IMG/VR virus record: IMGVR_UViG_3300042731_011014
Location: 113,891 to 177,890 of that record
Length of the DNA stretch: 64,000 nt
Origin: a virus
Strand: one strand, 5' to 3'
Positions within the stretch are counted from its first letter, which is position 1. Every line of letters starts with the position of its first letter. Positions 28,440 through 37,300 of the stretch are shown piece by piece. The position numbers and the translations under genes are program-made. The notes beneath the pieces are model-generated. The model did not search any database and was not told the origin of the DNA. It saw only the letters and a program-made list of their open reading frames with translations.

Positions 28440-28928
28440 TTACTCTCCTGTTAATTTTTTCTTGGCTGACTCAACAAGGGACTCAGTAAATTCGGTTGTT
28501 CTATTTATTTTCATAGCCAAGTTAACAGGGTGAACGTTTGCTATTTTCTCGAAACTGCCAAAGCCGGCCTTGATAAGTTTTTTAGCTGTCTGTATTCCAA
28601 TACCATCCAGTTGGGTAAGATCATCCTCCTTCTCTGGCTCAATACTAAAATCCAGACCATCACTTAGTAATGGATCAATGTCTGAATCAATAAACTCATC
28701 AATAGGATCGATTACATCTTTAACTTCCTCTTTTGGCGGTTCCTGTTTTACTTCAACATACTCTACCAAGATAGGTGGCTTTTTTTTAAAAGTTGGCTTC
28801 AAATACTTTACCCATTCTTTCCCCGCCAAAATTGTAGACCTGTCAATGTCCTGACCGTTAATACATACACTATCCGCTGGCCAGGCGGGATTTAATTTAT
28901 ACTTCATTGTGCACTCCTTGCGAAGCAA
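28440..28928 (-). CDS. Helix-hairpin-helix domain protein
   Basis: DDLTQLDGIGIQTAKKLIKAGF.SFEKIA. Confidence 0.8.
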   Translation of the reverse strand: MLRKECTMKYKLNPAWPADSVCINGQDIDRSTILAGKEWVKYLKPTFKKKPPILVEYVEVKQEPPKEEVKDVIDPIDEFIDSDIDPLLSDGLDFSIEPEKEDDLTQLDGIGIQTAKKLIKAGFGSFEKIANVHPVNLAMKINRTTEFTESLVESAKKKLTGE

Positions 28929-28966
28929 AAAGAAAGGAATAAGGAGGGAGACGAATGCCTCCCTCC
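28927..28966 (-). terminator. Rho-independent terminator after the major capsid gene
   Basis: 8 bp stem GGAGGGAG / CTCCCTCC (28943-28966) followed by ttattcctttcttttt on the minus strand. Confidence 0.75.
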
Positions 28967-28986
28967 CTCAAAGGCTAAATTAAGAA

Positions 28987-30468
28987 CTATGGCAGGTTAG
29001 AACAAGTGATTAAACCATAGTACTTATTGTTAACTAATTTTTTCGCGTAGCGTGTCCGCATCCCCTTCCTGAAGTTTTGGTCATCAGGGTCGAGGAATGT
29101 TGGAGTAACCTGTAAGGGCACATAAGGCGCATACACCATTCCTGAATCCAAGAATGTTGGTCCCTTTAGGCCTATCATGATTTGATCATCTGGGAATAGT
29201 GGATCAACATAAACAGTCCATCGGTTTTGTAACACGCCTAGGCCATATACACCGAATCCTGACGGCGACGTTGGAGGTTGAGGTGCGGGTTGACCAAGGG
29301 TCCCTTGACCAGCCGGCATACTTCCACCATCAAAAACTGATTTAAAGCTACCATGAGTCTCCATGGCGCTAAACAAGGATGCAGCCCGAGTGCTTGTAAC
29401 AATCCAATTACCCGGACCACGCAAGGTTTGCTTACCGACTTCCTGGGAAACCTTGGCAATCTTGGTTAAAAGAGTCATGTAATGCTCTACTGGGCTATAG
29501 CTTAAACCAGACACATCCGCATCAAACGATTCCTTGTTTGTACCAGCGGCAGCACCTAAATACATGTCCATAATTAGCTCACGGTCGATTTCCAGAGCCA
29601 GTTCTGATGCTACACCACCAACTAACTCCCCTTCAGCGTCCATACCGTGTATGGCTTTTAAATCATCGGCAGCTTCAGCGCTCCACAAGAATTTCAGCTT
29701 CCGGCTACTTACCTTGATTGGGTCAAGGCCGATATCCAAATAGACTTGAGGCACGGTAACATTTGCCCCTTCCATATCGAAAAAGTAGTTAGCGTAGATA
29801 GGAGCTTTGTCATCTACATTACCATCCCAGGTAATATCATAGGCACCATCCGAGTAAGTAATCGTTGATGCTGCACCAGTATCACCAGCTAAATCCCCAC
29901 TTCCGTCGGGATCATAGATTCTTTTGGCTGCGGTTCCAACCAGGGTTGTAAACTCAAGACCAACTTGGGCTTGCGGACATGAAATAAAAGGTTTTACAGG
30001 TGTCCATGAAAGGTTACCAGTGTAATTCGCTGTCGCACCATTACCGGTCGCGATAACTTCGTGATAGATATACTCTGAAGAATAATACCTGTCGAAGTTC
30101 TCGATCATATTGTCGCCAGCTGTAATTGTTCCCTTGGAGGTACCGTATTTGTACTCCCAAGTGAAAATGCCTCCTATAGGGCCAGTCATTGGTTGTATAG
30201 AAACGAGATTGTTAGCAATTAAGTTCGGCCATACCCTACGAATCATAGGGAAGACGAACTTCACGAAATCAGCGAAGTTACCTGTGGTTGTATTTTCACT
30301 GAGGTTTCGGACATGCTGCATTTGATTTTCGAATAAAATAGCCGTGGCTGCCCTACGATAGGGTTCATGGATACCTTCTAAAAGGGGTGCCCATTTTTTA
30401 GTTACAGCTGCGACAAAACTCTTATTTTGAATTGAACGGGTTTCGTTCATTATTTCTCTGGCTTCCAT
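28987..30468 (-). CDS. Major capsid protein (T4 gp23-like)
   Basis: KWAPLL, AILFENQ, FPMIRRVWPNLIANNLVSIQPMTGP, SRKLK..WS.E...DL.A.HG.D.E, EIDRE, YAPYVPL, F..GMRTRY. Confidence 0.96.
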   Translation of the reverse strand: MEAREIMNETRSIQNKSFVAAVTKKWAPLLEGIHEPYRRAATAILFENQMQHVRNLSENTTTGNFADFVKFVFPMIRRVWPNLIANNLVSIQPMTGPIGGIFTWEYKYGTSKGTITAGDNMIENFDRYYSSEYIYHEVIATGNGATANYTGNLSWTPVKPFISCPQAQVGLEFTTLVGTAAKRIYDPDGSGDLAGDTGAASTITYSDGAYDITWDGNVDDKAPIYANYFFDMEGANVTVPQVYLDIGLDPIKVSSRKLKFLWSAEAADDLKAIHGMDAEGELVGGVASELALEIDRELIMDMYLGAAAGTNKESFDADVSGLSYSPVEHYMTLLTKIAKVSQEVGKQTLRGPGNWIVTSTRAASLFSAMETHGSFKSVFDGGSMPAGQGTLGQPAPQPPTSPSGFGVYGLGVLQNRWTVYVDPLFPDDQIMIGLKGPTFLDSGMVYAPYVPLQVTPTFLDPDDQNFRKGMRTRYAKKLVNNKYYGLITCSNLP

Positions 30469-30519
30469 TAGTTTCCTCCAAAAATAATCAAAAAATTAGA
30501 AAGTTCTAATTTTTCTTAC

Positions 30520-32124
30520 TTATTCTTTTTTAATTCCTGACAGATCAACTAAAGTATCTATTCCTATTCCAAACAAATCGCCTTCATCCAGCTTTTTTGC
30601 TCGGGTATCCGAATCTATGGAAGTATCATTTCTCCCCTTACGAAGAGATCTAGTGATACTATTATACTCTTCACTTACAGGATTATTATCATCGTATTCA
30701 TCAATGATATCATTAATCTCTTGCTGATTATTTGCAGCACCGTTCGAAATTGCACCCTCAATAATTTTGCGAACCCTTAATTTGTGCGGGTGATCCGAAA
30801 TCTTGCGCTCCACATAAAGTTGCAATGCAAGCTGTCGAGCTGCTATATGAGCCTCAGTTACACTCTGTGATAATTTGTCATTATCATCTTTGAGCTTCTG
30901 AACTTCCTCAGTAACAGCACGTTCGGCCTCCGATTGCTTCTTTACCTTGTTGATAACCAATCTGACTGATTCCTCAAGCTCACTGATTGATTTAAACCTC
31001 ATTATGTCGCCAATGTTATTTTTGACAACTTCAAGATTCTCATCAATCTCATTAACTATATTAGTCAAATGATGTTCAAATCCAATCCGCTTTGCAACGT
31101 TCATGTAATCGTCACGTTCTTTCTCAAGAGCCTCAACTTTTTCCTTGAGTTCACTGCTAACTTTCTTAAGTTGTTCCTTAAGATCTGAGATCTCCTTTTC
31201 TCTTTGACTAACGAGATCGTTAACATCCTCAGGTAAAAGATAAGGAATGAGTTTTTTTGCAATATCTTCCAGTGTTACTTTGGCTCCAGCTACACCAGGA
31301 TCACTTAGTAGCTCGCCGCGCACTTCTTCCTTTGCTTCACTCTTTATCGTCCCTACTTTATCTTCAAGCTTCTTTGCAAAATCCTGCTTAAGATTGTCTT
31401 CTATTTCCTTTTTAAGCTCTTCCTTTGTCTTATTGCTCTGCTTTTCGATTTCTTCCTTTGTTTCCTTCACTGCCATTGAGACAATGTTGTTATATAATTC
31501 AGGATATTTCTTTCTAAATTCCTCAATTGTCATGTCTGAATCTCCATCACCCTCTTGGGTCTGATTATGTTTTTGTTCGTTTACACCAGTAACATTGTCA
31601 TCGCTGCTAGTTTCCTCTTTAAAATCAGGATACGAATTCACCGCAGCTGGATCTGCAACGAAATCAAATGTTATTAGGTTATAATCCTCTTGTACAATGT
31701 CATTGCCAGACCCATCAGGTCTAGTGGTGCCCCAACCTCTGCTAGAAACTCCGACCTTGCCGCCAGACCCAACAATAGCCTTAAGTTCCTTGCCCTTAGA
31801 GGTATCCATAACCAGTGCTTCACCATAAATTTCACCATTTGGTTTCATTTGAAGCTTAGTGATTCTATGACTTGATCGAGATAGTTTTGTTTTACCATCC
31901 CCAGGATGATCGAGTTCACCATAAACAGTATTTTCTTTAATAGCGCTTTGCTTTTTATGTACCTCACGCTCCATTAATTTGCGCTTGTACACTCTCTTAT
32001 TTGCTGTAGGCGTATCACTTAAGCCAAATCTACCTTTAGCTATTAATCTGGTATTACCAGCGGATTCCTCAAGAACATTAATGCTGACATTGGACCATTC
32101 ATCAATTAGTAAGACCTTATCCAT
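30520..32124 (-). CDS. Prohead protease (gp21-like) fused to coiled-coil scaffold
   Basis: NKRVY, YGELDHP, GVSSRGWG, FDFVADPA in the first ~170 aa, then a long E/K-rich coiled coil. Confidence 0.92.
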   Translation of the reverse strand: MDKVLLIDEWSNVSINVLEESAGNTRLIAKGRFGLSDTPTANKRVYKRKLMEREVHKKQSAIKENTVYGELDHPGDGKTKLSRSSHRITKLQMKPNGEIYGEALVMDTSKGKELKAIVGSGGKVGVSSRGWGTTRPDGSGNDIVQEDYNLITFDFVADPAAVNSYPDFKEETSSDDNVTGVNEQKHNQTQEGDGDSDMTIEEFRKKYPELYNNIVSMAVKETKEEIEKQSNKTKEELKKEIEDNLKQDFAKKLEDKVGTIKSEAKEEVRGELLSDPGVAGAKVTLEDIAKKLIPYLLPEDVNDLVSQREKEISDLKEQLKKVSSELKEKVEALEKERDDYMNVAKRIGFEHHLTNIVNEIDENLEVVKNNIGDIMRFKSISELEESVRLVINKVKKQSEAERAVTEEVQKLKDDNDKLSQSVTEAHIAARQLALQLYVERKISDHPHKLRVRKIIEGAISNGAANNQQEINDIIDEYDDNNPVSEEYNSITRSLRKGRNDTSIDSDTRAKKLDEGDLFGIGIDTLVDLSGIKKE

Positions 32125-32135
32125 ATTAAAGTCCT

Positions 32136-32948
32136 TTACTCGTCATCTCCTAAAAAAACCTCTGGTAACTCAATCTCGTCATTTTCACCCTCTTCGAGAT
32201 CTTCTTGGATGCTTTTGTGTACATTAACAGCTTCACTTAGTACCTGAGTGATAATATGCACGCCAAAATCAAGCTCTAGTGACATATCTTCGGTTAGCTC
32301 CTCATCGTGGATATTTTCCAATGCAGATTCGGCCATTGCGCCAGTTGTCATTAGTTCATCAATTAGCTCTTCAAGGGCTTCGTGTTCTTCGTATTCTTCG
32401 AATGACTCGATTAGTGTAAGAGCTAAATATCTAGCGCCATCTAAAAACTCCACATATTCTTCATGGGTCCCTTGCGGATCGTGAATCTGCTCAAGCAGAG
32501 AAATGGAATTGTTAAGATGATCCATGGCAGTATTTTCGCCAAAGCCCCTTCTTTTGAGTTTTTTTCTGGCGATCTTTGCTTTTATCTTTGATGATGCTTT
32601 CTTCCAATATTTTTTAGCCAAGGCCTTCATTTTGGCCGTAACCTTCTTAAAAAATACCTTGCCGCCTTTCATAACTCTATGGAAGCCTTTTTTGTGGCGA
32701 CCTTTTTTTCTCTTTTTTCCAATTGCAGTAAGCTTCTTAAGTAGACCTTCGTCTAGATCAAACTCATCATCGAAGTCTTCGCTTTCGTCTTCGTTTTCAT
32801 TTTCTAGATCTAAATCTGTGTCTTCTATATTGTCATCTTCGTTTAGGTTAAAAGTTTCCTCTCCTAAATTTCTTTTTTCGCCTCTTGTATTTAGCAGCGT
32901 AAGATCTTCTTCAAGCGCATTTAGTGAAAAAAATCGTCTATCTATCAT
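32136..32948 (-). CDS. Prohead core protein (acidic-basic-acidic)
   Basis: Between portal and protease; LNE/LDE sites and a KKRKK-rich core. Confidence 0.65.
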   Translation of the reverse strand: MIDRRFFSLNALEEDLTLLNTRGEKRNLGEETFNLNEDDNIEDTDLDLENENEDESEDFDDEFDLDEGLLKKLTAIGKKRKKGRHKKGFHRVMKGGKVFFKKVTAKMKALAKKYWKKASSKIKAKIARKKLKRRGFGENTAMDHLNNSISLLEQIHDPQGTHEEYVEFLDGARYLALTLIESFEEYEEHEALEELIDELMTTGAMAESALENIHDEELTEDMSLELDFGVHIITQVLSEAVNVHKSIQEDLEEGENDEIELPEVFLGDDE

Positions 32949-32966
32949 TTTTATACCTCCAAAGAA

Positions 32967-34253
32967 TTATGAATTTTTTTCTAAAGCTTTACTAACAAGT
33001 TTCGTTGCAAGCTCATAGTCAACTAGGTTTTTTGCAAATTCATCAAAGACCAATCCAAGGCAAGGAATACACCCATCACTCTCGATTACCACTTCTTTTA
33101 TACCATTACTGAGATCTGCCAAGTCATCTTTTAAGTCTTTAATAAAAATGTTAAATTCCTTTATTGCCTTATCAGACTTAAGATCTCGAAACACATGATC
33201 TCTTTTCTGGTATTCATCATGATATTTTGATATGTTCTCTTTTAGATTATTTACTCTAGATACTAAATTATCTATATCTTGCTCAATCGTTTGGGATGCT
33301 TCGGCAAGTTTTTCGTCGCTAATATTTTTAGAATACAAATGGCGATATTTTGATTTCAATGATTCTTCTTTTATTTTTCCAATATCGCCATAAAGAACTT
33401 TTGCTACAGTCTCTTTATTGTCTCTTAAAAATTCTTTCCACTTCTTATTTGTCGGAAATACTTTTTTAAGTGACGATACGACCCTGTCAAAACTCTCAAT
33501 TAGGATGGATTCCTTGTCTGGAACAGACCTTATAAGCTTACGCATATTGTCTTTAAAAAGACTATCATCCCCTTCTATCAGACCCTCAACAGCACTATTT
33601 ATTACTTCGTTTGAATCTTCCTCATAAACAGCAATATTGGCGTCCGCGACCTCGTTAAATTCAACACTATTATCAGAGCAACTAAATCGTGCTCTGTAGA
33701 ACTTACCATCACTATTTGCGACTACAACATAATCTTTAAATGTTGCTATTGGTTTCGCAAATCCTTCGGTAAACTCAATCTCTATATCACCCGATCCCTC
33801 AAGAGAATCTGCGGACATTGACACAATCTTATCCTTACTGGGACCATCAAGCATTTTGACGTCATAGGCAACAGGGGTCCCAAATATTCCAAGGTTCACC
33901 TTGATAATTTTACCCTTATGTTTGCCTTTTTTTACATCAATATCAACCTCTGTAACTATCGAACTATTGTCACATGTGATACTTTCAATCACTTGTTTGT
34001 TATTATCTAAAAGATCGGCTTCGTAAATTCTTCCATCTTCATCACTGCTCACAATGCCAGTGATACGACCGCGCCTATCTAGAATAAAAACTTCCTTCCC
34101 AACAATTTTATCTTCTTTTAGTCCAAATTTTGTTCTGTTGTTTTCTACAGCGTATCTTACTTTTTGAAGCAAGTTTTCGTAAGAACCTTCCATCAGTTTA
34201 TCTATTATTCTGGTAGGTACGTATTTACTCTTTGATTCTGTATCGTTAGCCAT
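32967..34253 (-). CDS. Hypothetical head morphogenesis protein
   Basis: 428 aa ORF directly downstream of the portal. Confidence 0.65.
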   Translation of the reverse strand: MANDTESKSKYVPTRIIDKLMEGSYENLLQKVRYAVENNRTKFGLKEDKIVGKEVFILDRRGRITGIVSSDEDGRIYEADLLDNNKQVIESITCDNSSIVTEVDIDVKKGKHKGKIIKVNLGIFGTPVAYDVKMLDGPSKDKIVSMSADSLEGSGDIEIEFTEGFAKPIATFKDYVVVANSDGKFYRARFSCSDNSVEFNEVADANIAVYEEDSNEVINSAVEGLIEGDDSLFKDNMRKLIRSVPDKESILIESFDRVVSSLKKVFPTNKKWKEFLRDNKETVAKVLYGDIGKIKEESLKSKYRHLYSKNISDEKLAEASQTIEQDIDNLVSRVNNLKENISKYHDEYQKRDHVFRDLKSDKAIKEFNIFIKDLKDDLADLSNGIKEVVIESDGCIPCLGLVFDEFAKNLVDYELATKLVSKALEKNS

Positions 34254-34364
34254 GCCTTTTCTCCGATTGTAAAAATCTCAGCTTGTCAAGCTGAAACTAT
34301 ACTATCTAACTCATATTAACATGCAAAAATCTTTTATCAATATTTACTTTAACTTACTTCTATC

Positions 34365-37300
34365 TTATGCTACTTTTTTGTAGCTGATAGCTTCCTTAAT
34401 CTCGCGCATGAGGATCCTTAGTTCTCTAACACCTTTATTGAGTTCTTTGTTTGAATTAATAATATTTAAAACCTGGTCTTTTGACACATTCTTATCTCTG
34501 CCTGAAGTAAGTCTTCTTTCAAATCTGCGTCTTAATTGCTTTTTAACAACTTGAAGGTCCTCTTGAGGAACGTTTTCTGCTGGCTTTTCGGCCGGCAATT
34601 GTCCACTCATTGATATTTTAGATCTGATTTTATCTTGCCTACCTTCAATTGATGCCATTCTTATAGCATCCTCAACACGATGATCTAAGATATCCTCAAT
34701 TTCTGAGTTAGTCATGCCGAAAATGTTTTCCATAATCCATCGTTGTGATACCCATTGTTGCATAGAATCGGCTAACTGTGCTCTTTGATTTCTCACTTCC
34801 ATTTGGGCCATTTCAAAAACAGCGCTCGGGACTGTCATCATGACATTAAAATTAACAGATGATGGGTCAAGGCCTTTAGCCGCAAGATGGACACGTCCAA
34901 TTTGATGGAATCCAGTTTTAAGGACCCTTTGGACCCTCAGTATTGTACGCGCAAATCTAACATCTTCCTGGGAATTATGAACAAAAACTCCGCATTCCGT
35001 AGCAAAATTATGATAACCATCAACAGTCATATCATAAGTATCAATAACAGGGCCTTCTCTAACTTCAACAACCTTATGATTTCTCCCCTTTTTTATCGCG
35101 GTAGCAGTAGACCTACTCATGTACTTCAGCATGTACTCATGTGCAAAATCTGCGTACTTGATGCCATTTTCTGAAAAAATCCTATTAAGTAAACACTCAC
35201 TATATCCGGACCACTTAATAAGCTCTTTTTTACTTTTACATCTATAACTTTTTGCAACTTCTATTAGATGTTCAATATTTGCATCAGCACCTGGACTATA
35301 AACCTGCTCGTAATCTTTTAACTTTTGTGCCCTACCAATACCAGAAGCATTTCTCCTATATAGAGGCATTAGTGAATCCTCAGGTTTTAAATCTATTGCT
35401 TCTCTATAAGATCCGTCTCTCATCATAATAGGATGATCTGGCGTACAAGTTAAAATCTCCCCGTTATCAAGAACAACTTCCACTGTTCTGGTTTTTTTCT
35501 TAGTTAAACGAGCATTTTTTGCTAGACCAGGTACAATATGACCATCATCATTACAAGAGTAAACCCAAAATGGCTTGCTTCTTTTTGAAAGATTCTCAAT
35601 TGTTTCAGATGTTCCATCCAATAAAGGAATCATTGTATTGCCAGCTAAACACAAGGTGGCTCGTGATATTGTTTCCTCATACCCAAGGTAAGCCCTAGGA
35701 ACTTTTATTGCTGCATACAATTTCATTCTAAAATAATCAACGTCATCAATTCCCTGGTACATACTACCCTGAAGCATGTCAATCCGCGTACTATCTTTTC
35801 CACTACGTGTTGGAATCCAGAAATCCTCATCTTGAGAATTCTTTATGAAAATACCAGCCGTTAACGCAAAATTATGATATTTTTCAACAGTTAAAGTATA
35901 AGTATCTTCACACTGTTCAATGTATTTAACTGAAACGACTTTATGATTATTCGATGATGCCCATTTTTTAAAAGATTTGAAATTGTCAAAACCTTTTTCC
36001 CTATACATTTTTAACATTAAATGTCTATGAACTTTCTTTGACAAATTTTCCTGTTTAAATAAATCAATCAATCTGGAATTATTGACATAATTTACAACAT
36101 CTTCTGCGCTAACATTTAAATTGTTGGCCACATATGATTGAACGCCAACGAAAAAATCATCAGAAAACTTAATTTTTCTTTTTTCAGAAAAAGCTACTCT
36201 GTTTTCCTCGTTTTCCCAAAATTTCTTTTTATTTTCTGACCGCTTAACATTGTCTTGCTCATGTTTACATGAATTATTATAAGCTATTATGTACTTTTCT
36301 ATCTTATTCCAAGCTGAAATATTTGCAGATGACACCTTTTTTAGTTTTTTATCCAAAACAGGATCGGATAACCTTATCTGAGACATAATATGACCAATAT
36401 TATGACCATTATCACGATGTATTATACTATGTTCGCTTTTTTTCATAAAAGACAAATTATCGGGAGAATTATCAGTTTTTATAAAATTTTCATGATGAGT
36501 TACACCATTTTGCTTCAATTCATCTCTAACCATACGATGGGTGTAAATATATTTTTTTGTTTTTGGATCATAAACCATCTCGTACCCATCTATTGAATAA
36601 CCCTTATCCTTTGACGAAATAAGAGTTTTGTATGGCATAAGAGAATCACCAGATTTTAAATATCTTGCTTCACAATATTTCCCATCTCTTTTTATAAATT
36701 TATGATCTGGGGTAGTCCTAATTGTTTCACCATTATCAAGAGTTACCTCAACAAGTTGTGCCATTTTTCGGGTTTTTCCTGCCCAAACTATTTTTCCTGG
36801 AACAATTTTCCCACTATCAGATCTATCAACAGAATATACCCAGTTCTCTTTTCCTCTGTTGAATTCGCCAACAAGGTTAACTATTGGGATATCTCTGCCA
36901 TCAAGTAACGCTATTTTTGTATCACCGGTCAAACAAAGAGGATTGTACTTCATATTCAAAGTACCATCTGAGTTGACAAACTTGCGTTTTTTAAACTCAT
37001 TTCGCATTTGTCTGACATGAGCGGTCGCCTCATCGGCATCCATGTCACCCGTATCAACGTAGAAAGCAAACCTTGTAGGAGCCCTGGTAAGTCGGTAAAC
37101 AAGCATCGCATCCTCAAGGAGAACTAATCGTTTCCAGATCCATCTTGCGGGCTCGAGCACGCTATTGTGAACAACAATACCATCTGAAACAAAGCAATGT
37201 CCGTCATCAGCAACTTCTATGTCATAAACCTTTTCAATAATACTTGGTTCTTTAGAAACTATTTTTTCTGAAAAAAAATCATTATCAGAAATATTTTCTC

